This document shows positions 19,235 through 29,330 of a DNA stretch of 47,675 nucleotides, one piece after another. Within the stretch, counting starts at the first letter, position 1, and each line of letters opens with the position of its first letter. The notes under the pieces are model-generated. The model was not told the DNA's origin. It saw only the letters and a list, made by a program, of their open reading frames with translations, and made no database searches. Position numbers and translations under genes: made by a program. The stretch is from an uncultured Parachlamydiaceae bacterium (GTDB lineage: Bacteria > Chlamydiota > Chlamydiia > Chlamydiales > Parachlamydiaceae). Location of the stretch: contig CAVVXH010000019.1 of NCBI GenBank assembly GCA_963752155.1, forward strand, positions 1 through 47,675, written 5' to 3'.

Positions 19235-20083
19235 TTATCCAAGCTCAAAAGTCGTAATTCCAAAGATCCCTTCCAAGTCTATCGTCGGAGATCCATTTCG
19301 ATACATTCGTAGAACTTCAAACGAAACTTGCATTCCATACTCTTTAACTAAAGCCAAAGCTTCTACATTGGGCTCAGGAACATCTAAATAGATGGGGCCT
19401 TCTACAGCTCTTGTGCATAGAGATTTAAACAATCTATCGGCAACAAATTCATTCCTTGCAAAAAGAGGACCTATTTTATACCCTTTTCCACATTTCCGTA
19501 TCACTCCGTACCCCTGAAGGACCCCCTCATTCATATATCCCAAAGCGTGACCGTAGGATTGGTGAATCCAACGTTTCAAAAAAGCCGAACGGGGAGCCGG
19601 AAAATACTCTCGATCAAATTTTTCCAAATCACTAAAGGAAATAGCTTTCAGATCAACGATCGGAGAAACCCTTGGCTCTAATTGCATCAAAGGAGGAGTA
19701 TTCAATTCATAGCGAATATTTAAATGAGCAGATTTATAACCTAATTTTTCATATTTGGAAACTTTATTCAAAACTCCATCGAGACCTGTTATCCGATTTC
19801 CGACATAGTTTAAGCGTTCATGAGTCAGTTGAAGCCCATATCCTAAACCGCGATATTCTGGCTTTACAATATAAAGGCCACAAAAAGCATAGTGATCATC
19901 ATAGATCACCGCGGCACCAGTGGCTATCGGTTGATTATCTAAAAGCCCGACAAAAAATCCATTCGGATCCGCAAAATAGAAACAATCGACATCGTTGACA
20001 CCTGGATTCCAACCTTCTTTTGTCGCCCACTCGATAGGAATATTGAGCTCATCTTGGGTCATTCTTCGAATCATATAGGTCAT
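19235..20083 (-). CDS. Tandem-domain GNAT N-acetyltransferase (YitH-like)
   Basis: EGWNPG, GLYIVKPEYRGLGYG, YEKLGY, KIGPLFA and YLDVPEPN; ATGA overlap with puuE. Confidence 0.88.
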   Translation of the reverse strand: MTYMIRRMTQDELNIPIEWATKEGWNPGVNDVDCFYFADPNGFFVGLLDNQPIATGAAVIYDDHYAFCGLYIVKPEYRGLGYGLQLTHERLNYVGNRITGLDGVLNKVSKYEKLGYKSAHLNIRYELNTPPLMQLEPRVSPIVDLKAISFSDLEKFDREYFPAPRSAFLKRWIHQSYGHALGYMNEGVLQGYGVIRKCGKGYKIGPLFARNEFVADRLFKSLCTRAVEGPIYLDVPEPNVEALALVKEYGMQVSFEVLRMYRNGSPTIDLEGIFGITTFELG

Positions 20084-20973
20084 AGCATCTCCTCATACCA
20101 ATAGTCTGAAATTTCTTCTCGCCGACAAATCCAGATATTGTCGAATTGTAAAATGTACTCTAAAAAGCGACTGACCGCTTCACTACGTCCTGGCCTTCCC
20201 GAAAATCGGCTGTGTAACCCTATTGTCATCATTTTCGGATTATTACTTCCTTCACGATATAAACAATCAAAGGTATTTTTTAACTCAAGATAAAAATCTT
20301 CGCACGAGTTAAAACCCGGAAATATAGCATAACGCGCATCGTTCGTTTCCAGGCTATATGGAATAACTAAATGAGATTTCTTTGATACTTGAACCATGTA
20401 AGGCAAGTCATCGGCATAGCTATCTGAATCATATTGAAGACCTGCTTTAACGATCAATTTTCTTGTGTTTAAGCTTCGTCTTCCTGTATACCACCCTTTG
20501 ACTTTTTTATGTGTCGATGTTTCGATCAGACGAATGGTTTTATAGATATGCTCCAGTTCAACATCTTCACTTACATTAGAGTAATTAATCCACCTATAAC
20601 CGTGTCCTGCGATCTCATGCAAGCTTTCTTTTAGGTAATCAGCAAGTTCAGGATTGCGTTCCAAAGCTAAACCGGTCATGAATAGAGTCGCTGTAATTTT
20701 ATATTTATTAAAGAGTTCAAGTAGGCGCCAAACTCCGGCGCGACTTCCGTACTCAAACATCGATTCGGAAGAGAGGTGCCGCTTATTTTTTAATGGGATG
20801 ACTCCTGGCAAATCAACCAAATAACTTTCTGACTCAGAATCGCCATCCAAAATATTTTGTTCTGCACCTTCTTCGTAATTCAGCACAAAATTAATGGCAA
20901 TTCGGGCAAAGCGTGGCCACTGAACTTTTGGTGGATGCAGCCCATATCCAACGAAATCTCTGCTAATTTCCAT
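20080..20973 (-). CDS. puuE: PuuE-like allantoinase / polysaccharide deacetylase
   Basis: RDFVGYG..PP...WP, VLNYEEG, ESMFEYGSRAG, HGYRW, YADDLPY and MTIGLH.R..GRPGR. Confidence 0.85.
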   Translation of the reverse strand: MEISRDFVGYGLHPPKVQWPRFARIAINFVLNYEEGAEQNILDGDSESESYLVDLPGVIPLKNKRHLSSESMFEYGSRAGVWRLLELFNKYKITATLFMTGLALERNPELADYLKESLHEIAGHGYRWINYSNVSEDVELEHIYKTIRLIETSTHKKVKGWYTGRRSLNTRKLIVKAGLQYDSDSYADDLPYMVQVSKKSHLVIPYSLETNDARYAIFPGFNSCEDFYLELKNTFDCLYREGSNNPKMMTIGLHSRFSGRPGRSEAVSRFLEYILQFDNIWICRREEISDYWYEEML

Positions 20974-20987
20974 TTTATATCTATAAT

Positions 20988-22253
20988 TTAAAGAAGTTTA
21001 ATTCCTTTACGTAAGTAAGAATCGAGAGTAATGATTTCTCCATCGCAATTTAACTCGTTCATTCCTATCTGCAATGCTCGCTCTTCTCGTGCTAAAGTTT
21101 TAGCATCTTCCACTGTCCATGCAACTTGAAAAAGTTTTTTCTGTCCCCTTGGAGTTTGTACCAAAAAATCAACTTCAAAACGTTCCTGAGTTAAGTAATA
21201 ATTTACGTTACATCCAAGACGTTTTAGATCTAAATAAATAATATTTTCGAAAAGTCTTCCTAAATCATTTTCATAGTCTAAAGTTATTGCTCTGGCCATT
21301 CCAGGATCAATCGCATATATTTTTTTAGGATTCACTGAGATTTTGCGAATCGATTTATCAAAGATGGGTACAGAAAATGCTAAATAAGCATCTTCGATAT
21401 GATCTGCATATTCATAAAGATTATCTTTAGCAATCTGATAACCTTGACTTTTTAAACTATTATAAAATTTATTGATTGTAAATGGTTTACTCACATTGTA
21501 AACCATCGACAAGATCATGTGTTTAATGAGAGTCGGATTTTTTATATTATGGCGTTCTATGATATCTCGGTAAATAACAATATCGAGATAATCTTGCAAA
21601 ATTTGATGCCTAACATCTTGATTAAATGAAGTTACTTCGGGAAAACCCCCCTCTGACAAATACTGCAGAAAAACTTTTGCTAATATATCCAGAGTTTTCT
21701 TGTCGTATAGACTTCGATCCATCTCTAATTTTTTTGCGCGAATAAATTCCTCAAAACTATACGGCCAAATTTCGACTGAAAGAGAGCGGCCACGTAGGCT
21801 AGTGGCAATTTCTTTGCTTAATAATTTAGCTGAAGACCCCGTCAAAAAGATTTCCACATTTTTACTATCGTGAAGACGCCTAATGACTATAGGCCAATTT
21901 TCGACATTTTGAATTTCATCTAGGAATAGATAGCATTTTTTCTCATGATTTTCCGGATGAAGAGAATAAAATGCATCCACTAGCTTTGCTAGTTTTTGTT
22001 CATTTAAAGGCAAAAGGCGATCATCCTCAAAATTGACATACAAAATGGAAGATCTGTCTACGCCCTCATTTAACAACTTTAAAACAGTCTGGTAAAGAAA
22101 GTAAGTTTTCCCAGTCCGTCGCATACCAATTGCAATTTTAATTTTATTAGGCGCATCTGGAAATTTAGAGGTTCGCTCTACCATTCCTTTCAACCGATTT
22201 AATCTATCGTAAAATTCCCCCAATATTATTTGAATGATATTTTGCTCGTTCAT
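20988..22253 (-). CDS. AAA+ ATPase (AAA_14 plus DUF4143, COG1373 type)
   Basis: Walker A GMRRTGKT, Walker B LFLDEIQ, LTGSSAKLLS, LRGR, GGFPE, KKIYAIDPG and EVDF. Confidence 0.9.
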   Translation of the reverse strand: MNEQNIIQIILGEFYDRLNRLKGMVERTSKFPDAPNKIKIAIGMRRTGKTYFLYQTVLKLLNEGVDRSSILYVNFEDDRLLPLNEQKLAKLVDAFYSLHPENHEKKCYLFLDEIQNVENWPIVIRRLHDSKNVEIFLTGSSAKLLSKEIATSLRGRSLSVEIWPYSFEEFIRAKKLEMDRSLYDKKTLDILAKVFLQYLSEGGFPEVTSFNQDVRHQILQDYLDIVIYRDIIERHNIKNPTLIKHMILSMVYNVSKPFTINKFYNSLKSQGYQIAKDNLYEYADHIEDAYLAFSVPIFDKSIRKISVNPKKIYAIDPGMARAITLDYENDLGRLFENIIYLDLKRLGCNVNYYLTQERFEVDFLVQTPRGQKKLFQVAWTVEDAKTLAREERALQIGMNELNCDGEIITLDSYLRKGIKLL

Positions 22254-22333
22254 TCCGATTTCTCCCCATCTTTCCTTCTTCTAATCAAAGATTATCGTAT
22301 ATTTATCCTTAATGCAAGGAAAGATTGTCGCTT

Positions 22334-22390
22334 GCAGCAATTCCCGCTAATTTTCGGGCACCGGCACGAAAGTTTAGCGGGAATTGCTGT
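22334..22390. repeat. CGGGCA-unit palindromic repeat, complete copy (possible terminator)
   Basis: Perfect 16-bp IR CAGCAATTCCCGCTAA / TTAGCGGGAATTGCTG around TTTTCGGGCACCGGCACGAAAGT; about 12 bp downstream of the MORN gene stop. Confidence 0.8.
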
Positions 22391-22401
22391 GTCGCTTGTG
22401 T

Positions 22402-24861
22402 TCATTCTTTTTTAAAATGACGTTTTTCAACCACTTGATCATTACAATATTGTTGCAAGACAATGGGATTGCCCAAATGATCGTATTTATTACATTTTCC
22501 TTGCTTCTTACCCTCTACATATTCGACTTCAAAGGTTAAATTTCCTTCCCGATTCCATGTCTGACAAAGCCCATGAAGCTTTCCTTGCTTATAGTGTGTA
22601 AGAGTCGACATTTTGCCATTATCATAAAACACCTTTTCAGGACCATCGTGCACATCATCAATAAAGTAAGCTTCCTTCACAATTTTGCCTATTTTTGAAT
22701 ATTCAAAGGCAGGGCCATTTTGCTTATTATTTTTGAATTCTGCGGAAATGTGAATGCGACCATCGGGAGTGTATAGACAAGTCAATCCCTCTTTATTGCC
22801 ATTAGAGTAAAAAGTCGAAGCTATTTTTGTGCCTGCTTCATTGAATTCAACTGCCTCCCCTTCTAATTTCCCCTGTTCATAGTTCGCTTCAAAAGCTTTT
22901 ATTTTTTCAACAAAAGGAAGAGCAGGATAGAAAATTTGATGCAAACCATGTAAGAGTCCATTTTTATAATGATAAATGGTTTCCTTACCTACTTGATCTT
23001 GAACATAATACTTCCCTTCAAGGACTCCTTTACAAAAGTTAGCTTCTTCAACAATGACCCCGTTATCATTCCATAAAACCTTTTTACCATCTAAAAGTCC
23101 TTCAGAATAATTCATAAGAGCTTTCATTTCTCCTGATGGATAATATGACTTTTGCTCTCCATCGAGTCTACCATGAACATAGACAAGATCTTTGTGAATA
23201 ATCTGTTCCTCCCCCTCTTCTTGTGGGTAATAGGTTCGTTGCACCCCTTCTTCAAGGCCATCGATATAATTTTTTTCTTCATGCACTGAACCATTTTCAT
23301 GCCAAGTCAAATAAGATCCATTAATAAGCCCATTGGAATAAAGAGCTTTTGTTTTTAGATGACCACTAGAATACCATTCCTGAAACAAGCCATCTAGTTT
23401 TCCTTGAAAAAAACAAGATTCCAGTAGAAGCATTTTTTTTGAATCATTAACATCAAATTTTTGATACAACCCATTTTTAAGCCCTCTTTCATAAGTACAT
23501 TTTTCATGTAAATGTCCATTTGAATGCCACGATTGATAAATTCCTTGAAGGCAACCTTCTTCATAGGTACACAAAACTTTTTTTTCACCTGAAGCATAGG
23601 AAGAGATGTAGGGTCCGTGAAGAATTCCTTGTTTAAAATAAACCTCAAGAAGTTTTATTCCGTGTGAATCCCATTGCGTTTGAAGGCCTTCCCGCCTGCC
23701 ATCTACATATGTGGAAAAAATTTTAAGTTTTCCATTTGGATAAAAGGTTTGTTGAATTCCATCGAACTCATCATCCTTAAATAAATATTCTTTTAAGAGA
23801 ATTTTCTCTTTATACTCTCGATAAAAGCCTTCTTTTTTTCCATTGATTGTAGAAAATTGTTTTACAAGGTTTCCGGAGGGATCATAGTAGTTGACAGGAG
23901 CTAGAAGGACTCCTTCGCTAGAATAATTAGCTTCTTTTTTTATCATTCCATTTGGGTAGCGATAACTATGCTTTCCTATGGGCTTTCCGTGAAAAAATTG
24001 TCCGCTTCCTAAAATTTCTCCTGTATCGCTATAACAAACTTTAGCTCCATGCTTGACTCCATTAAGATAAAAGGCTTCGTAACTTTTAACGCCATTTGGA
24101 TGGTATTTACAATGATTACCGATGGCTTGATTTTGTATGAAATTTTGTATTTCCATCACCTTCATATCAGGATAATACAAAATCAAGGCATGCGTAAAAT
24201 TATTTTCATGCAAAAGCCCTTTAATATAGTTTTTTTTAGATTTCAGATTTCCATTCTCATACCATTCTAGGGATGTTCGTTCAAAAAACCCCTTCTCGTA
24301 ATGAGCAAGCATTGCTTTTTGTCCATTCTCATAAAATTTCTCAAAAGGACCATCAAGGAATCCATCCACATAGTTTGCTCGCAGTGCAATTCGACCATTA
24401 GGATAGTAATTTTCCGAAATTCCATGGATAACCCCATCTTGCATAGTCGTGAGGATCTGAATCTCTCCATTAGGATAATAATGTTTAATTTCTCCATGAA
24501 GCTTTCCCTTAGAATAAAAGGCTATTTTTGAAATAAAACCCTCTAGAGAATAGTGGATGCTAGGTCCATGAAAAAGAACACTCGTTTGATCCGGAATGAT
24601 GGAGGATACGCATAAAAGAGAACCAGAGGGATGATATTCATGCAATTGTATTGGTATGTTAACGGGAGATGAGTGGTCAGCAGGAAGGTAAAAAATGATG
24701 CTTTTAGGAGTTCCATCAGGATGAACCTCCAGTATTTTTGGTCTCCAATTGGGCTGCCTCACTTGCAACTCTGTGAGTTCAAGTTGTTTTGTTTGTTGGG
24801 CGGACAGGTCAACGAAAACACTAAAAAATGTCAGGCAAGTTAAAAATGGCAAAAAAAGCAT
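22402..24861 (-). CDS. Exported MORN-variant (MORN_2/YwqK-type) repeat protein
   Basis: Signal-like N-terminus and dozens of Y..G..HG....YY.NG repeats across 819 aa. Confidence 0.88.
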   Translation of the reverse strand: MLFLPFLTCLTFFSVFVDLSAQQTKQLELTELQVRQPNWRPKILEVHPDGTPKSIIFYLPADHSSPVNIPIQLHEYHPSGSLLCVSSIIPDQTSVLFHGPSIHYSLEGFISKIAFYSKGKLHGEIKHYYPNGEIQILTTMQDGVIHGISENYYPNGRIALRANYVDGFLDGPFEKFYENGQKAMLAHYEKGFFERTSLEWYENGNLKSKKNYIKGLLHENNFTHALILYYPDMKVMEIQNFIQNQAIGNHCKYHPNGVKSYEAFYLNGVKHGAKVCYSDTGEILGSGQFFHGKPIGKHSYRYPNGMIKKEANYSSEGVLLAPVNYYDPSGNLVKQFSTINGKKEGFYREYKEKILLKEYLFKDDEFDGIQQTFYPNGKLKIFSTYVDGRREGLQTQWDSHGIKLLEVYFKQGILHGPYISSYASGEKKVLCTYEEGCLQGIYQSWHSNGHLHEKCTYERGLKNGLYQKFDVNDSKKMLLLESCFFQGKLDGLFQEWYSSGHLKTKALYSNGLINGSYLTWHENGSVHEEKNYIDGLEEGVQRTYYPQEEGEEQIIHKDLVYVHGRLDGEQKSYYPSGEMKALMNYSEGLLDGKKVLWNDNGVIVEEANFCKGVLEGKYYVQDQVGKETIYHYKNGLLHGLHQIFYPALPFVEKIKAFEANYEQGKLEGEAVEFNEAGTKIASTFYSNGNKEGLTCLYTPDGRIHISAEFKNNKQNGPAFEYSKIGKIVKEAYFIDDVHDGPEKVFYDNGKMSTLTHYKQGKLHGLCQTWNREGNLTFEVEYVEGKKQGKCNKYDHLGNPIVLQQYCNDQVVEKRHFKKE

Positions 24862-24898
24862 AGAACGGTCTCTTATGGTGGTTATAGAAACAAAATAT

Positions 24899-24918
24899 TA
24901 TACCAGGCGCGGCCATAG
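24899..24918. repeat. Isolated copy of the left end of the 8871-9027 element
   Basis: TATACCAGGCGCGGCCATAG versus TATACCAGGCTCGGCCATAG (19/20 identical). Confidence 0.7.
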
Positions 24919-25068
24919 TATGATTCATTGAGAGAATAAATACAAGAGTCAGAGCAAACCTATATTTTCCTATGCCCTGGTAAACTGTATTCCTTATATT
25001 GTGGATATAGTCATAATCGTGTATAATCATTTAATAAAGGTCGAAGTTCGTTTAATAAATGGAGAGCA

Positions 25069-26319
25069 ATGTCTGAACATCAAACTCAAAGACGACAATT
25101 TTGGGTCATTTTAATTATTGTATTTTTAGGTTTTTTAGGAATTTCCATTCCTTACTTAATTTTTCCAGCTTTATTTTTAAGTCCGGAGTATTCCATTGTA
25201 CCTGAAAATTGGAGCCAATCTAGCACGACCCTCTTTCTTGGGATCACTTTAGCGGCATATCCTCTAGGACAATTTATTGGATCACCTATCTTAGGATCCT
25301 TATCAGATGATTATGGTCGCAAACGACTTCTTACTGCAAGCTTATTAATTACGGCAATCTCAAATCTATTTACTGGATTTGCAATCGAATGGCAACATTT
25401 AGGACTTCTAATTGCCACACGCTTCATTGCAGGCCTGATGGAAGGTAATATCGCGATTGCACGTGCTATGGCCGCAGAAATTAAAAATATATCGAAACAT
25501 GAAACGTTTGGTAAAATTAATGCGACAGCCTCTATTGCTTATCTTCTTGGACCTCTTTTAGGAGGTTTAATGAGTGATAAAAGCGTTCTTGAAAGTTTGA
25601 CTACTTCGACTCCGTTTTATTTTATTTGCATCCTCTTTTTTGGTCTTGCCGGCATCACAGCTCTTGTGCTGGAAAATAAGAACATCAGCTCCCCTACCGA
25701 AGCTCGTTCTTTCTGGAAACGAATTAATTTATTTAAAAGATTGTCAGCTTTATTTACTAATAAACGTTTACAGTTTCTTATGATTACATCTACGCTGTTT
25801 ACATTGGCAGTAGATATTTTTTATGAATTTGGGCCTGTGTATCTTACAATGGAATGGGGATTGAATCCAGCGCAACTAACCATCTACAACGGAGTTCTAT
25901 GTCTTGCGCTTGCGATTGGAAATGGGTGGTTGCCAACTTTATTAACTTCTTATTTTTCTAATCAAACTCTGATTATTTCCTCCATGGGAAGCCTTGCGCT
26001 TTTATTAATTGGACAAATATTAACGAGCTCTGCCTTTTTAATGATTTTTTTCTTTGGTTTCTGTGGATTAGTCATCGGGCTTGCCGTGACGTTAATTACA
26101 GTGAAAATTTCGAATACTGTTCCGGACTCAATTCAAGGAGAAGTGATGGGAACACAAACATCTCTTCGAGTTTTAGGAGATGCGATGATTTGTTTATTGG
26201 GTGGCCCATTACTGATGATCTCATCGTGGTTTATTTTGCTAATAGCAGCGGGGATCTCTTTAACATCCATGGGATATTACATTAGAGTACGAAGAAATCA
26301 CAATTACTTAACGAATTAA
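25069..26319 (+). CDS. MFS transporter (DHA1/TetA-like)
   Basis: Motif A GSLSDDYGRKR, RFIAG, GPLLGG and about 12 hydrophobic segments. Confidence 0.92.
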   Translation: MSEHQTQRRQFWVILIIVFLGFLGISIPYLIFPALFLSPEYSIVPENWSQSSTTLFLGITLAAYPLGQFIGSPILGSLSDDYGRKRLLTASLLITAISNLFTGFAIEWQHLGLLIATRFIAGLMEGNIAIARAMAAEIKNISKHETFGKINATASIAYLLGPLLGGLMSDKSVLESLTTSTPFYFICILFFGLAGITALVLENKNISSPTEARSFWKRINLFKRLSALFTNKRLQFLMITSTLFTLAVDIFYEFGPVYLTMEWGLNPAQLTIYNGVLCLALAIGNGWLPTLLTSYFSNQTLIISSMGSLALLLIGQILTSSAFLMIFFFGFCGLVIGLAVTLITVKISNTVPDSIQGEVMGTQTSLRVLGDAMICLLGGPLLMISSWFILLIAAGISLTSMGYYIRVRRNHNYLTN

Positions 26320-26370
26320 TGAGAACAATTTTTTGGAATCTGGCGCTATTTTAAGTTTACTTACTAAAAA

Positions 26371-26401
26371 TTTTTTGGAGTGCGTGTGGCTCTGCCACCG
26401 C
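26371..26401. repeat. Single REP-like unit (GGAG class)
   Basis: TTTTTTGGAGTGCGTGTGGCTCTGCCACCGC matches the start of the arms at 8767 and 9114. Confidence 0.8.
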
Positions 26402-26487
26402 GCGAGAAGTCGCTTTAAAGAGTACTGACAGCAATACAATTTCAATTTAGGCTGATGTAGAAACCTATTACCTATCCAAATCTGGCA

Positions 26488-26526
26488 TTGGCATATTTAT
26501 GCGTTTTAGTAAAATCGCAAATATGT
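26488..26526 (+). promoter_or_regulatory. TA operon promoter with an overlapping imperfect inverted repeat
   Basis: TTGGCA-16 nt-TAAAAT; IR CATATTT..GCGTTTTA / TAAAA.CGCAAATATG; AAGGAGG RBS downstream. Confidence 0.5.
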
Positions 26527-26551
26527 TAAGATGTAAGAAAGGAGGTGTGAT

Positions 26552-26809
26552 ATGGCTGCACAACATCAAGATCATACAAGGTTAACTTTCGAGCTGCCAG
26601 CTGTTGACCATAAGAAATTAAAGGCAATAGCTGCTCTTTCTGGTATTTCATTAAAAGTTCTTATTCTTACATGTCTTCAAGAAAATCTTTTAAGCGAAAA
26701 TGTTCCCAATGATGAAACAATTAAGGTTTTTAAAGATACGGACGAAAGAAAAAATTTAGTCCATTACAAAAATGCAAATGATTTGATTGATAAACTTGGA
26801 CTGAAATAA
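26552..26809 (+). CDS. RHH antitoxin with a DinJ/RelB-like C-terminus
   Basis: RLTFELP..DHKKLKAIAALSG (RHH-like) and VPNDETIK...NDLIDKLG; stop overlaps the toxin start. Confidence 0.8.
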   Translation: MAAQHQDHTRLTFELPAVDHKKLKAIAALSGISLKVLILTCLQENLLSENVPNDETIKVFKDTDERKNLVHYKNANDLIDKLGLK

Positions 26810-27078
26810 TGCTAAAAGTTACTACAACAACGAAATTTGATAGAGAAACGGAAGTCATTCGAAAGCGAGGTAAGAACATGTCTAAACTAGGAGATATTAT
26901 CGTGAAACTATCCAACGAGATTCCTTTAGATCCAAAACATCGAAATCATAAATTAAGAGGGAATTTCAATGGAAGATGGGAATGCCACATAGAGCCAGAC
27001 TGGCTATTAATCTACTGCAAGACAGAGACCGAAATCATTTTTGAAAGAACCGGATCACACGCAGATTTATTTAAGTGA
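26809..27078 (+). CDS. yafQ: YafQ-family mRNA interferase toxin
   Basis: HRNHKLRGNFNGRWECHIEPDWLLIY...FERTGSHADLF. Confidence 0.92.
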   Translation: MLKVTTTTKFDRETEVIRKRGKNMSKLGDIIVKLSNEIPLDPKHRNHKLRGNFNGRWECHIEPDWLLIYCKTETEIIFERTGSHADLFK

Positions 27079-27215
27079 ATAATATATTTGAACTAATCAT
27101 GTGGTCTGATGATTGCATTACGTTTTTTAAATTTTCTTCGATTGAGATCTTCCAGCATTTCCTTTTACAGATTTTATGTCATTTAAAGCAACTGTCTGGA
27201 ATCCTTTATGTCTCA

Positions 27216-28028
27216 TTAATCGATAATAGCATTAAAAATAATAGGATGCTGTTTGATCTTCTCTTCCTTAGTCATTTTCGAGAGTTTATTTTGAGAAACA
27301 TTAAGTAAAGCATTCCATGTCACGTTTTCAATGGGAAGTAGTGAAGCTTCCTTGAGCCCTTTAGTTAACGCTATTGTGAACATACTTCCGACATCATCAT
27401 CGGTATAAGAGTATTCGCCTGCTTTTGCGCTGGCTATCATGAGGGTACCATGAGCTTGAAGAAAGAGTTTTCGGTATCCTGCCTTCATATCCTTTTTGAT
27501 TTCAAGTCGATGAAATTTAGGTTTTGGCTTAAAGGTCTTCGGGGCACTGGAAAGAGACATTTTGTTATTACAACAATCAGCAAAGAGCAATATTAAACGA
27601 GCATGCTTTGCTTGTAAGGCGTTGGCGATTTCTTCAAATCTTATACCAACATCTGCATTTTCAAAAGAAAGACTTGGCCATTCGTGCTTTTCATCTAATT
27701 TGGTGCGATACCCATGTCCAGAGAAATAGAAAAAGATGACATCATCTGGATTTACCTGCAGATCACTCAAATGTGCTGAAAGCTTTTTAGGATCAGAACG
27801 TTTGCCAAGGAAAAGTTTCTGTGAAACTTCTAATTCAGTATATTTTGCAATCGTTCCTAGTTCCTTTTGTATTCTTTTAAGATCTTTTTCAACTCCGTCT
27901 TCGATTCCATCTGCTTTCAGATCAGTCACTAGTATGATGTGCAAACGTGTAGACTCTTTGGCTTCAAGGCTTAGTGAACTACAGTAAATGAATAAAAGAA
28001 AAAAATGAAGATATAATTTTTTTTTCAT
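27216..28028 (-). CDS. Caspase-like (peptidase C14) protein with a signal peptide
   Basis: VIFFYFSGHG (His), LILLFADCC (Cys), IASAKAGEYS, GSMFT.AL and a C-terminal QHP; N-terminus MKKKLYLHFFLLFIYCSSLSLEA. Confidence 0.85.
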   Translation of the reverse strand: MKKKLYLHFFLLFIYCSSLSLEAKESTRLHIILVTDLKADGIEDGVEKDLKRIQKELGTIAKYTELEVSQKLFLGKRSDPKKLSAHLSDLQVNPDDVIFFYFSGHGYRTKLDEKHEWPSLSFENADVGIRFEEIANALQAKHARLILLFADCCNNKMSLSSAPKTFKPKPKFHRLEIKKDMKAGYRKLFLQAHGTLMIASAKAGEYSYTDDDVGSMFTIALTKGLKEASLLPIENVTWNALLNVSQNKLSKMTKEEKIKQHPIIFNAIID

Positions 28029-28109
28029 GACAGTTCTTATTCAATGAAAATTGCTAACTATTAACGATAGGGCCGAAATAAATTCTATTTCTGACCCCTT
28101 CTAAGAATT

Positions 28110-28191
<82 letters not shown>

Positions 28192-28309
28192 ATTAATGCT
28201 ATTCACATTATAGAAAAGATCTTCTTTTTTGCCAATAACAAAATTTACATTTTTTTCAATTGCTTCAACAACAAGAAAAAGCTATAAACAAGTTTTTATA
28301 AGGTGTAAA

Positions 28310-29311
28310 ATGATTTTAGTGACCGGAGGCGCAGGGTTTATCGGCTCTGAATTTGTTCTCCAATGGATTCGAGAAGAAAAATCCCCTGTAATAACACTCG
28401 ACAAACTGACCTATGCCGGGAATGCTGCAAATCTTGCTAGTCTACAAAATAATTCCCTCCACACCTTCGTAAAAGCTGACATCATAGATAGACAAGTCGT
28501 ACGCAAATTGCTGGAAGAAAATCAACCTTCCGCCATTGTACACTGTGCAGCTGAAAGCCATGTTGATCGATCTATCTCAGCGCCTCAACCTTTTATCATG
28601 ACTAACATCGTCGGAACATCCATCCTGCTTGAAGAGGCTTTGCGCTACTGGCAATCGCTTTCATCGGATAAGCAAAAAGCCTTTCGTTTCCTTTACCTTT
28701 CCACAGATGAAGTCTACGGCTCTCTGGAGGCCAATGAGCCCCCCGCCAATGAACTTCACGGTTATTTCCCCAATAGTCCCTATGCTGCTTCTAAAGCTAG
28801 CGCTGACCACCTTGTTCGAGCTTTCTATCGTACATATGGTTTGCCAACCCTTACAACCCACTCCTCCAATAATTTTGGGCCACGCCAATTTCCAGAAAAA
28901 CTCATCCCTGTCATTTTATACGGTGCTCTTGCTGAACGGCAGATTCCTCTATATGGTGATGGATTACAAATTCGGGATTGGATTTATGTAGGAGATCATT
29001 GTCGAGCACTGCGCCAAGTTTTGAAAAAAGGAAGCCCCGGAGAAAGCTATAATATTGGTGCCAATAACGAAAAAACGAATCTAGCTCTCATACAGGAGAT
29101 TTGCAAAGAATTAGATATCATTCGCCCACGCAAATCTGGAGCCCTTTATTCGACGCTCATTCAGTCCGTAAAAGATCGTTTAGGCCACGATCGTCGATAT
29201 GCCATCGATGCTACAAAATTTAGAGAAACATTTGGATGGAACCCAGAAGGCTCTTTCGGATCCAATTTGCGGAAAACAATCGAATGGTATCTAGGGACTG
29301 GGCAAAAATAA
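28310..29311 (+). CDS. rfbB: dTDP-glucose 4,6-dehydratase
   Basis: MILVTGGAGFIG, DKLTYAGN, AAESHVDRSI, STDEVYG, YAASKA and DRLGHDRRYAID. Confidence 0.96.
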   Translation: MILVTGGAGFIGSEFVLQWIREEKSPVITLDKLTYAGNAANLASLQNNSLHTFVKADIIDRQVVRKLLEENQPSAIVHCAAESHVDRSISAPQPFIMTNIVGTSILLEEALRYWQSLSSDKQKAFRFLYLSTDEVYGSLEANEPPANELHGYFPNSPYAASKASADHLVRAFYRTYGLPTLTTHSSNNFGPRQFPEKLIPVILYGALAERQIPLYGDGLQIRDWIYVGDHCRALRQVLKKGSPGESYNIGANNEKTNLALIQEICKELDIIRPRKSGALYSTLIQSVKDRLGHDRRYAIDATKFRETFGWNPEGSFGSNLRKTIEWYLGTGQK

Positions 29312-29330
29312 CTTGAAGGATAAAATAGAT

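Noticed and set aside
22402..24861. MORN/YwqK protein as a TA antitoxin
   Set aside because: It has an export signal, is 819 aa long and has no adjacent toxin; the YwqK label would only reflect the repeat type.
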